Source: Thermoleophilaceae bacterium (GTDB lineage: Bacteria > Actinomycetota > Thermoleophilia > Solirubrobacterales > Thermoleophilaceae). Taken from it: a DNA stretch of 41,305 nucleotides. The stretch lies in NCBI GenBank assembly GCA_035572055.1, contig DATNBJ010000159.1, forward strand, positions 1 through 41,305, read 5' to 3'. Both the position numbers and the translations under genes were made by a program. Numbering within the stretch: position 1 is the stretch's first letter; every line of letters starts with the position of its first letter. Positions 1 through 7,660 of the stretch are shown one piece after another. A model generated the notes under the pieces. That model saw only the letters and a program-made list of their open reading frames with translations, ran no database searches and was not told where the DNA came from.

Positions 1-1
1 G

Positions 2-826
2 GAGCAGAAGCAGCGCTTCCTCGAGCCGATCCTGTCCGCCGACGAGATCTGGTGCCAGGGCTTCTCGGAGCCGGAGTCGGGCTCCGACCTGGCGTCGCTG
101 AAGACCAAGGCCGTGAAGTCCAACGGCGGCTGGAAGGTCACGGGGCAGAAGGTCTGGACCACGTTCGCGCACGAGGCCAAGTGGTGCATGCTGGTGGCGC
201 GCACCGACCCGGACGCGGCGAAGCACAAGGGCCTGACCTACTTCCTCATGGACATGGAGCAGGATGGCGTGCAGGTCCGCCCGCTCCGCCAGATCACCGG
301 CGAGTCCGAGTTCAACGAGATCTTCATGGAGGAGGCCTACATCCCCGACGAGAACGTCGTCGGGCAGCCCGGCGAGGGCTGGAACGTGGCCATCACCACG
401 CTGATGAACGAGCGCTCGGGGATCGCGTTCGGCTCGGCGGTGGCGATCAAGATCGCGCTCGGCGAGCTGATGGAGCTGGTGCGCGAGCGCGGCCTAGACG
501 AGGACCCGCTGATCCGCCAGAAGATGGCGCAGCTCTATATCGAGTCCGAGACCCTGCGCCTGAACGCCTACCGCGGCCTGACCGGCACGATGAAGCGTGG
601 CTACCCGGGGCCTGAGGGCTCGCTGCCCAAGTGGCAGTGGTCCGACCTCAACCAGGCGCTCACCGAGCTGGCGATGGAGGTGCGCGGCGCCGAGGGGCCG
701 GTCGTGGACGACAAGTGGACCTATCGCTTCCTGCGGGCTCGCGCGAACTCGATCGAGGGCGGCACCACCGAGATCCTCAAGAACATCATCGCCGAGCGCG
801 TGCTCGGCCTTCCGAAGATGAGGTAG
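2..826 (+). CDS. acyl-CoA dehydrogenase family protein, C-terminal two thirds (5' end lies outside window)
   Basis: Frame is open from the window edge. Translation EQKQRFLEPILSADEIWCQGFSEPESGSDLASLKTKA... then TTFAHEAKW and ANSIEGGTTEILKNIIAERVLGLP are typical ACAD middle and C-terminal domain motifs, including the conserved Glu in the EGGT segment. Confidence 0.9.
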   Translation, partial: EQKQRFLEPILSADEIWCQGFSEPESGSDLASLKTKAVKSNGGWKVTGQKVWTTFAHEAKWCMLVARTDPDAAKHKGLTYFLMDMEQDGVQVRPLRQITGESEFNEIFMEEAYIPDENVVGQPGEGWNVAITTLMNERSGIAFGSAVAIKIALGELMELVRERGLDEDPLIRQKMAQLYIESETLRLNAYRGLTGTMKRGYPGPEGSLPKWQWSDLNQALTELAMEVRGAEGPVVDDKWTYRFLRARANSIEGGTTEILKNIIAERVLGLPKMR

Positions 827-829
827 CGC

Positions 830-1846
830 TTGAACTTCGACTTCACGGACGATCAGCAGGCGATCAAGCGCACGGCGAAGGACTTCCTCGCCAGCCGCTA
901 CAAGGCCGAGAAGGTGCGCGAGCTCGCCGAGTCCGGCACCTATGACGACGGGCTCTGGGGCGAGATATCCGAGCTCGGCTGGCCCGGCATCTACATCCCC
1001 GAGGAGTACGGCGGGCAGGGCCTCGGCGTGGTGGAGCTCGTGATCGTGATGGAGGAGCTGGGCTACGCGCTGGCGCCGTCGCCGTTCTTCTCGAACGCGG
1101 CCGCCGGCCTCGCGATCCTGCACGGCGGCAGCGAGGACCAGAAGCAGCGCTGGCTGCCCGGCATCGCGTCCGGTGAGCAGCGCGGGACGGTGGCGGTCGT
1201 GTCGGGTGGCGAGGCGCCGCTCGTGCCGGACGCCGACAGCGCCTCGGTGATCGTCCTGATCGACGGCGACACCGCCGCGCTCGTGGAGGCCGGCGACGCC
1301 GAGATCGAGGAACGCGCCGTGATCGACTCCACGCGCCGGTTCTCCTCGGTGCGCGCCGAGGGCGGCGACACGCTTGGCGGCGACTTCTCGGCCGGGATCG
1401 ACCGCGCGGAGGCCGCGCTGTCGGCAGAGCTCGTGGGCGTCGGCCAGCGCGTGATGGAGATGGCGGTGGAGTACGCGAAGGACCGCAAGCAGTTCGACCG
1501 CCCGATCGGCTCCTACCAGGCGGTGTCGCACCGCTGCGCCGAGATGCTCCTGTGGGTCGAGAGCGCGCGCTCGGCCGCGTACTACGCGGGCTGGGCCTCG
1601 GACTTCGAGCCCGAATCGGCGGCGATCGCGGCGTCGGTGGCCAAGGCTTACGCGGCGGATGCCGGCTGGAAGGTCACCGCGTCGGCGCTGCAGGTGCACG
1701 GCGGCATCGGCTTCACCTGGGAGCACGACCTCCACTTCTTCCTGAAGCGAGCCCGCACCGACGGGCATCTCTTCGGCAGCGCGAGCAAGCACCGCGAGCG
1801 CGTGGCCGAGCTGTCGGGCCTCTCCCGCGCGCCCGCCCCCGCGTAG
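830..1846 (+). CDS. acyl-CoA dehydrogenase family protein, probable partner (beta-type) subunit of the upstream ACAD
   Basis: 338 aa ORF starting at TTG, 3 nt after the upstream stop. N-terminus MNFDFTDDQQAIKRTAKDFL and QVHGGIGFTWEHDLHFFLKRA are ACAD-like. It is shorter than canonical ACADs, and the C-terminus lacks the YEGT-type catalytic Glu segment. Confidence 0.85.
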   Translation: MNFDFTDDQQAIKRTAKDFLASRYKAEKVRELAESGTYDDGLWGEISELGWPGIYIPEEYGGQGLGVVELVIVMEELGYALAPSPFFSNAAAGLAILHGGSEDQKQRWLPGIASGEQRGTVAVVSGGEAPLVPDADSASVIVLIDGDTAALVEAGDAEIEERAVIDSTRRFSSVRAEGGDTLGGDFSAGIDRAEAALSAELVGVGQRVMEMAVEYAKDRKQFDRPIGSYQAVSHRCAEMLLWVESARSAAYYAGWASDFEPESAAIAASVAKAYAADAGWKVTASALQVHGGIGFTWEHDLHFFLKRARTDGHLFGSASKHRERVAELSGLSRAPAPA

Positions 1847-1985
1847 CGCATCCGAATCTTTGGCATTCCGGTGCCTGGCGGCGGCAGCGGCGTCCCGCTG
1901 GTGGCGCCTAGATCGCCGACATGGGTGGGCTCGTGTCACTCGTGCGGCAAGCGCCTGGACGAGGTCTCGCCGTAGCCTTTGGACT

Positions 1986-2414
1986 GTGAAGAGGCACGAG
2001 GCACTCGCGCAGCTGTCGCGCGACCATCATCAGGCGCTGTTCCAGGCGCAGCGGCTGCGCCGGGCGAGCGACGAGGACGCCGCGGAGGTCAAGGCCGGCT
2101 TCCTCGACTTCTGGCGGAGCGTCGGCCACCTGCACTTCCGGGCCGAGGAGGAGGTGCTGCTGCCGGCGTACGCCGCGTACGCGGACGCGAGCGACGACGC
2201 GGTCGTGCGGGTGCTGGTGGACCACACGCTGATCCGCCGCGACGCAGACGCGCTGGAGGAGGCGGGGCTCGAGAGGGTGCACGAGCTGGGGGACCGCCTC
2301 GAGGCGCACGTGCGGCACGAGGAGCGCGTCCTGTTCCCGCTGATCGAGCAGGTGCTGCCGGACGACGAACTCGTCCGCGTGGCCCAGCGGGTCGACGAGG
2401 TGGAGAAAGGCTGA
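1986..2414 (+). CDS. hemerythrin-like domain protein
   Basis: The ORF track frame runs 1860..2414. The coding-like part starts at GTG 1986 (VKRHEALAQLSRDHHQALF...). His/Glu-rich spacing (DHH, HLHFRAEEE, HVRHEERVLFP) is typical of hemerythrin HHE cation-binding domains. The start is uncertain. Confidence 0.7.
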   Translation: MKRHEALAQLSRDHHQALFQAQRLRRASDEDAAEVKAGFLDFWRSVGHLHFRAEEEVLLPAYAAYADASDDAVVRVLVDHTLIRRDADALEEAGLERVHELGDRLEAHVRHEERVLFPLIEQVLPDDELVRVAQRVDEVEKG

Positions 2415-2449
2415 CCATCCGGGACCTCTGACCGCCGCCCGAACGTAAG

Positions 2450-3031
2450 GTGGGCATCGTGACGTCGGAGGCCAGCGAGCTGTCGTTGCCGCGCATGCCC
2501 TCGCGACGCGTGCGCGCGCGCTCGGAACGGGCGCTGGTACTCGGCGCGCAGGCGGGGTCGAGGGAGGACATGGAGGAGCTGTTCCGCCGCCACTGGACGC
2601 CCGCCTACCGGGCCGCGTACTTCGTGGTCTACGACCGCTCCGCCGCCGAGGACATCGCCCAGGAGGCGTTCCTGTCGGCGTTGCGCGCGCTCGACCGCTT
2701 CGACCGCCGCCGGCCGTTCGGGCCGTGGCTGCACCGGATCGTGATCAACCGGGCCATCGACTGGTCGCGCGCCCGGGCGCTGCGGCGCGAGGTCGAGGCG
2801 AGCGCGGAAAGCCCCGCCGCGGATCGTGCCGAGGGGGACCTCGGCATGCGCGACGAGCTCGACACCGCGCTCGCCTCGCTCTCCCCCGAGCGGCGGGCGG
2901 TGGTGGTGCTGCGCTACGTGCTCGGTTACACGCCGGGAGAGATCGCCGATCTGCTGGAGCTGCCGCGCGGCACCGTGAACTCGCGGCTGCGGCGCGCGCT
3001 CGACGACCTCTCGGGGGAGGTGTCGCGGTGA
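2450..3031 (+). CDS. ECF-type RNA polymerase sigma-70 family factor
   Basis: Region 2 (AEDIAQEAFLSALRALDRFD, FGPWLHRIVINRAIDWSR) and region 4 (RAVVVLRYVLGYTPGEIADLLELPRGTVNSRLRRA) motifs. The start could be GTG 2450 or ATG 2496. Confidence 0.9.
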   Translation: MGIVTSEASELSLPRMPSRRVRARSERALVLGAQAGSREDMEELFRRHWTPAYRAAYFVVYDRSAAEDIAQEAFLSALRALDRFDRRRPFGPWLHRIVINRAIDWSRARALRREVEASAESPAADRAEGDLGMRDELDTALASLSPERRAVVVLRYVLGYTPGEIADLLELPRGTVNSRLRRALDDLSGEVSR

Positions 3032-4176
3032 AGCCGCTAGAGCGCCGCCTTCGCAGCCTGCAGGCCCCCGACGAGGCCGCGGTCGCCTCCCGCGCCTGGG
3101 AGTTGGCGAGCGTGGAATTCGAGCGCCGTGAGCCGAGGGCGCGCTCCCATCGGGGGCGGACGCTCGCGATCGCGCTTGCCGCGCTCTGCGTCGCCGCGAT
3201 CGTGATCTCGCCGGCAGGTGCCGGCGTGGTGCGCTGGGTTGGCGACCGCTTCGATCGGCCCGGCCTGAAGCACGCCAAGCCGTTCCTCGGATCGCTGCCG
3301 GCGCAGGGCCGGCTGCTCGTGACCTCCTCGGACGGCCTCTGGGTCGTGCAGCACGACGGCTCGAAGCGGCAGCTTGGCCGCTACGCCGATGCCGCCTGGT
3401 CGCCGCACGGGCTGTTCATCGTGGCGACGCGCGGGCACGAGCTGGTGGCGATGGAGCCGGGCGGCCGTGTGCACTGGACCGTGACCGCGTCGCCTCGGCC
3501 ACGTGCGCCCGTCTGGTCGCCGGACGGCTTCCGGATCGCGTACTTCAGCGGACCTGATCTCCGGCTCGTGATCGGCAACGGCACCGGCGATCACCTCTTC
3601 GCCGCACGGGTCGCTCCCGTGGCGCCGGCCTGGCGGCCCGGCATCGACCACGTCCTCGCCTTCGTGGCGCGCGGCGGGGTGACGGCCGCGAATGTCGACC
3701 TCGGCACGACGCTCTTCCGGGCCGGCGGTGTGAGGCCGCTGCAACTGGCCTGGTCGCCCGACGGCAGGCTGCTGCTGGTCGTCGAGCGCGAACGGCTGCG
3801 CCTCGTCGACTCTCGCGGCCGCACACGCAAGGCGCTGGACCTGCCGGCCGGCTTCGTGGCGCGCCGCGCGGCGTTCTCGCCGGACGGCGAGACCATCGCT
3901 CTTCTCCGCGAGCGGTCGGGCCTGAGCGACGTGCGCCTCCTGTCGGTGCGCGGCCACAGCTGGCACGAGCGAGCGGGCGCCCCGGTGAGCGGAGCCTTCT
4001 CGAGCCTCGAATGGTCCCCCGATGGGCGCTGGCTGCTGCTCGCCTGGCCGGCGGCGGACCAGTGGCTGTTCGTGAGCCCGGCCCGGGTGCTCCCGGTGTC
4101 CGGCATAGCGCGGGCCTTCGCCGGCGGAGCCGGGCCGGCCGCCTTCCCGAGCCTCGGCGGCTGGTGCTGCTACTGA
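3028..4176 (+). CDS. single-pass membrane protein with TolB/PD40-like beta-propeller repeats; putative cognate anti-sigma or sensor
   Basis: GTG 3028 overlaps the sigma stop (GTGA). It has a short cytoplasmic N-terminus, one TM segment (TLAIALAALCVAAIVISPAG), then repeated WSPDG/WSPHG/FSPDG motifs. No HxxxCxxC zinc anti-sigma motif is seen. Confidence 0.75.
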   Translation: MKPLERRLRSLQAPDEAAVASRAWELASVEFERREPRARSHRGRTLAIALAALCVAAIVISPAGAGVVRWVGDRFDRPGLKHAKPFLGSLPAQGRLLVTSSDGLWVVQHDGSKRQLGRYADAAWSPHGLFIVATRGHELVAMEPGGRVHWTVTASPRPRAPVWSPDGFRIAYFSGPDLRLVIGNGTGDHLFAARVAPVAPAWRPGIDHVLAFVARGGVTAANVDLGTTLFRAGGVRPLQLAWSPDGRLLLVVERERLRLVDSRGRTRKALDLPAGFVARRAAFSPDGETIALLRERSGLSDVRLLSVRGHSWHERAGAPVSGAFSSLEWSPDGRWLLLAWPAADQWLFVSPARVLPVSGIARAFAGGAGPAAFPSLGGWCCY

Positions 4177-4424
4177 ATGCTCGGCATCGGGCGCTCCCCG
4201 TGCTGCCCGGGGTGCCCGCGGTGCTCGCCATCGAAGGCGATCCGCTCCAGGCGCGCGATCTCGCGCTCGCCCTCGACCCGCGCCGGATCCTCCGGCGGGA
4301 GGTCCTTGATCAGGTTGCGGATCCGGTTGCGGATCTGCAGGGCGAAGTGGGGGGTGGAGGCGCCCATGAGCTCGCGAACGTCCTCCACGGTGGGCCGGCG
4401 GTCCGGCTTCTCGTACTCGCTCAC
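4170..4424 (-). CDS. small conserved hypothetical protein (84 aa)
   Basis: The C-terminal part of ORF 4170..4697 (-) has high GC3 and a non-repetitive sequence (VSEYEKPDRRPTVEDVRELMGASTPHFALQIRNRIRNLIKDLP...). An in-frame GTG at 4424 lies just downstream of the stop of the lipoprotein gene. The upstream part of the track ORF overlaps that gene and is Arg/Pro junk. Confidence 0.55.
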   Translation of the reverse strand: MSEYEKPDRRPTVEDVRELMGASTPHFALQIRNRIRNLIKDLPPEDPARVEGEREIARLERIAFDGEHRGHPGQHGERPMPSIQ

Positions 4425-4443
4425 GGACGGGAACGCTAGTGGA

Positions 4444-5625
4444 TCAGGGGTTCTGGGCCTCGACCGGCACGAGCTGGGCGATCGTGTCGATGCGGCCCTG
4501 GGCGGCCACCGACACGGTGCTGTCGTCCCCCAGGATCCACACGTGGTTGAACACACCGCTGTTGGGGTTGCCCTGGAAGCCCGGCTGCACGTCCTGGAAG
4601 AAGGCGTCGAGCGACGGCGGCAGCGGCTGGGCCACGTCGGTGAGGAGCAGCGGGGCGTAGACGCCGCCACCCGCCAGCGCGGCGGCGCCTGCGGCATCGG
4701 CTGGGCGCGCGGTGCTGGCCACGGTGAAGTTCTGGCCCGGCGTGTCGATCGCCCAGCCGAACCCGTGGCTGCCGAACTTCGTGAACGCGATCGCGCTCTG
4801 CACGGGCGTGGCCCCCTGGATGCGCTGCACCTTGCCGAGCTTGCGCAGCTCGCTGATCACCGCCGGGCCGACGGCGCTCGACGGCCCGAGCACCCAGATG
4901 TTGGGCTTGTCGTGGGTGGCCAGCGCCTGGCGCGTGGCCTCCGGGACCACGCCCTGGCGAACGAACAGCACCGAGTCGCCCGAGCGGGCCGCCCAGGCGG
5001 CCGCGGGCATCGCGTAGCCCGCCTGCTCCCCCGAGGTGACGATCACATCGTTCGACGGCTTGCCGCGCGCGGCCGAGAAGAACTTGTCCACGCCGGCGGC
5101 CACCACGTAGGGATCGCTCCCCGGGATGATCGCCTTGCGGTAGCTGCCGGGCCGCCCGGCGTTGTCGCCGATCCGGATGATCTGCGCGTTGCCCGCCAGC
5201 GGCGACCCTGGGGGCCTGAGCCGCGCCAGCGTGTCGTTCGAGACCGTCGGCAGGTTGCCGCCGCTGCTCAGGATCGTGGGGATGCCGAGTGGCTGTGCCA
5301 TCAGCAGGCCGGCGGCGATCACGCCCTGCCAGTTGGCGGAGTCGACCACGGCCACGGCGTGCGGCCGGTTGGAGGGTCCCGTGGAGGGGAAGACCGCGCT
5401 GACCGCGCCCGCCACGTCGGCCGCGGCGTCCCCGCCGGGCACGCGCGTGGTGTTCTTGGTGGCGGACACCGGGAAGCCGAGCTCGGTGGCCGCCGACTTG
5501 TCGGTGGACTTGGCGCTGATCTGCGGCGCGTTGCCCTTGTGGGTCTTGCTTTTCTCGTTCAGGCCGGCGCAGCCGGCAACGGCCAGCAGGCAGGCAAGAA
5601 GGGCTGCGACGAGCGGTCGGCGCAT
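4444..5625 (-). CDS. lipoprotein with putative cell-wall-binding repeat (CWB2-like) domains
   Basis: Classic lipoprotein signal MRRPLVAALLACLLAVAGC (lipobox AVAGC) from ATG 5625. The mature part has three internally similar about 100-aa segments with motifs resembling cell wall binding repeat 2 proteins. The domain assignment is from memory. Confidence 0.7.
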   Translation of the reverse strand: MRRPLVAALLACLLAVAGCAGLNEKSKTHKGNAPQISAKSTDKSAATELGFPVSATKNTTRVPGGDAAADVAGAVSAVFPSTGPSNRPHAVAVVDSANWQGVIAAGLLMAQPLGIPTILSSGGNLPTVSNDTLARLRPPGSPLAGNAQIIRIGDNAGRPGSYRKAIIPGSDPYVVAAGVDKFFSAARGKPSNDVIVTSGEQAGYAMPAAAWAARSGDSVLFVRQGVVPEATRQALATHDKPNIWVLGPSSAVGPAVISELRKLGKVQRIQGATPVQSAIAFTKFGSHGFGWAIDTPGQNFTVASTARPADAAGAAALAGGGVYAPLLLTDVAQPLPPSLDAFFQDVQPGFQGNPNSGVFNHVWILGDDSTVSVAAQGRIDTIAQLVPVEAQNP

Positions 5626-5684
5626 CGGGCAGAGCACGATAACGACCCGCATGTGCGGCACGCTCCAGCGCTACGATGTCGTTG

Positions 5685-5702
5685 GTTGACTGATCAGTCA
5701 AC
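5685..5702. promoter_or_regulatory. perfect 18-bp palindrome GTTGACTGATCAGTCAAC, operator-like
   Basis: Read directly. It lies in the divergent intergenic region between the lipoprotein gene and the third ACAD gene. An extra GTCAAC half-site is at 5726-5731. Confidence 0.5.
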
Positions 5703-5831
5703 TGCAGGATGGCGCGTGCAGGCGCGTCAACGACCCGGAATCGGAGGCATTTCGTGGATTTCCGCCTGACTGACGAACAGCTCGAATGGTAGGCGTACTG
5801 CCACAAGTTCGCGGAGGAGGTCATCCGACCG

Positions 5832-7007
5832 GTGGCCGCCAAGTACGACCGCGAGCAGAGCGTGCCGTGGGACGTGATCAAGGAGGCCCGCAAGTGGAAG
5901 CTCCACGGCATGGACTACTTGGAGAAGATGGCCAACGACCCGGGTGGCCTCAACGGCGTGATCTATGCCGAGGAGCTGCACTGGGGCTGTGCCGGAATCG
6001 CGCTCGCGATCTCCGCCTCCTCGCTCGCCGCCGCCGGCATCGCCTCCTCCGGCACGCCCGAGCAGATCGGGAAGTGGCTGCCCGAGTGCTACGGCCTCGG
6101 CGATGAGATCAAGCTGGGCGCCTACGCGGTGACCGAGGCCGGCGCCGGCTCCGACGTCAAGTCGCTGCGGACCACCGCCAAGCTCGAGGGCGACGAGTGG
6201 GTGCTCAACGGCACCAAGGTCTTCATCTCGAACGGCGGCATCGCCGACGTGACCGTGGTCGTGGCCACCGTCGATCCGGAGCTCGGCCATCGCGGCCAGG
6301 CCTCCTTCGTCGTGCCGAAGGGCACGCCCGGCCTCTCGCAGGGCAAGAAGGAGGACAAGATCGGCATCCGCGCCTCGCAGACCGCCGAGGTCGTTCTCGA
6401 CAACTGCCGGATTCCGGTCGACTACCTGCTGGGCGGGATGGACAAGCTGAACGCCAAGCTCGAGCGCGCCCGCTCGGGCCAGTCCACCGGCCGCGCCTCG
6501 GGCGCACTCGCCACCTTCGAGATCACCCGTCCGCTGGTGGGCGCCTCCGCGCTCGGCATCGGCCGCGCCGCCTACGACTGGACGCTCGAGTACCTCGAGG
6601 ACAAGGAGGAGTTCGGCGAGCCGCTCATGGAGCAGCAGCGCATCCAGCAGACGCTGGCCGACGTCGCGACCGAGCTCGACGCGGCGCGGCTGCTCGTCTG
6701 GCGCGCCGCCTGGATGGGCCGCAACGGCGTGCCGATGACCGCGGGCGAGGGCTCGATGTCCAAGCTCAAGGGCGGCGACGTGACGATGTGGGTCACACAG
6801 GCCGTGATGGACCTCGTCGGCCCCTACGCGCAGAGCGCGGATTGCCCGCTCGAGAAGTGGTTCCGCGACGCCAAGATCTACCAGATCTTCGAGGGCACGG
6901 CCCAGGTGCAGCGGCTGGTCGTCTCGCGCATGCAGCGCGAGGCTCACCGCACCAAGCGCGAGGAGGCGGCGGCCGCCAAGCAGCCGGCGGAAGTGGCCGC
7001 CGCGTGA
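5832..7007 (+). CDS. acyl-CoA dehydrogenase (as delimited by the ORF track; ACAD-like coding continues upstream to GTG 5754 through an in-frame TAG at 5790-5792)
   Basis: Full ACAD domain set (GAYAVTEAGAGSDV, WVLNGTKVFISNGG, KIYQIFEGTAQVQRLVVSR). The upstream in-frame translation VDFRLTDEQLEW*AYCHKFAEEVIRP is a canonical ACAD N-terminus interrupted by an amber codon. Confidence 0.9.
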   Translation: MAAKYDREQSVPWDVIKEARKWKLHGMDYLEKMANDPGGLNGVIYAEELHWGCAGIALAISASSLAAAGIASSGTPEQIGKWLPECYGLGDEIKLGAYAVTEAGAGSDVKSLRTTAKLEGDEWVLNGTKVFISNGGIADVTVVVATVDPELGHRGQASFVVPKGTPGLSQGKKEDKIGIRASQTAEVVLDNCRIPVDYLLGGMDKLNAKLERARSGQSTGRASGALATFEITRPLVGASALGIGRAAYDWTLEYLEDKEEFGEPLMEQQRIQQTLADVATELDAARLLVWRAAWMGRNGVPMTAGEGSMSKLKGGDVTMWVTQAVMDLVGPYAQSADCPLEKWFRDAKIYQIFEGTAQVQRLVVSRMQREAHRTKREEAAAAKQPAEVAAA

Positions 7008-7261
7008 GCGACACCGCTCCCGGCCCGGCCGTCTCGAAGCGCAACGGCATCACGATCGAGGTCGATCGCGACCTCTGCTTCGGCTTCGGCGACTGCGTGG
7101 ACTCGGCGCCCGGCGTCTTCGAGCTCGACGACGAGAACAAGTCGGTGGTCGTCGACCCCGACGCCCAGGACCGCGACGCGATCATCCTGGCCTCGCAGGA
7201 CTGCCCGGTCGACGCGATCTTCATAGTCGACCAGGAGTCGGGCGAGCAGCTTTATCCTTAG
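7004..7261 (+). CDS. small single-cluster ferredoxin (3Fe-4S/4Fe-4S type)
   Basis: GTG 7004 overlaps the ACAD stop (GTGA). The product is 85 aa, with ITIEVDRDLCFGFGDCVDSAPGVFELDD...DCPVDAIF giving a CxxxxxC...CP cluster-ligand pattern. Confidence 0.85.
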   Translation: MSDTAPGPAVSKRNGITIEVDRDLCFGFGDCVDSAPGVFELDDENKSVVVDPDAQDRDAIILASQDCPVDAIFIVDQESGEQLYP

Positions 7262-7266
7262 CCGCC

Positions 7267-7659
7267 ATGGCTGAGTACACCCTCCGCAATCTCAAGGAGG
7301 ACGTGGACGACGCGGCGGAGCGGTTCGGCGTCGAAGGCCTCGAAGCCCGCTTCGCGCGCGGCGCGCTCGAGCTGCAGGAGTCCGGGCTCACCTACTTCCG
7401 CGTCGCGCCCGGCGTGCGCCCTCCATGGGGCCACAGCCACTCCGAGCAGGAGGAGATCTACCTGCTGATCAGCGGCAGCGGGCGGGTGAAGCTCGACGAC
7501 GAGGTGATCGACCTGAAGGCATGGGACGCGCTCCGCATCCCACCCGGCGTGATGCGCGCGTTCGAGGGCGGCGACAGCGGCGCCGAGATCATCGCGTTCG
7601 GCGCCCCCAACACCGAGAACAAGGACATCGACATGGTGCAGGGCTGGTGGGCGGATTGA
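7267..7659 (+). CDS. cupin domain protein
   Basis: WGHSHSEQEEIYLLISGSG matches cupin motif 1 (GxxxxxHxHxxxxE...G). Motif 2 lies around IPPGVMRAFEGG. Confidence 0.85.
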   Translation: MAEYTLRNLKEDVDDAAERFGVEGLEARFARGALELQESGLTYFRVAPGVRPPWGHSHSEQEEIYLLISGSGRVKLDDEVIDLKAWDALRIPPGVMRAFEGGDSGAEIIAFGAPNTENKDIDMVQGWWAD

Positions 7660-7660
7660 C

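Noticed and set aside
1851-1877. Imperfect inverted repeat GCATCCGAAT...ATTCCGGTGC after the second ACAD
   Set aside because: It has one mismatch and one wobble in 10 bp and no U-tract. It might be a weak terminator, but it is not supportable as a feature.
5790-5792. Reading the in-frame TAG in the ACAD as pyrrolysine or another programmed recoding event
   Set aside because: No pyl genes or recoding signals are visible in the window. The flanking sequence is consistent with a simple CAG-to-TAG change. Programmed recoding is kept only as a remote alternative within the finding.
4177-5911. ORFs 4177..5769 (+), 530 aa, and 4436..5911 (-), 491 aa, overlapping the lipoprotein gene
   Set aside because: The 4444..5625 (-) frame has a textbook lipoprotein signal and non-repetitive sequence. 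The alternatives are Arg/Gly/Pro-rich with no signal or motif.
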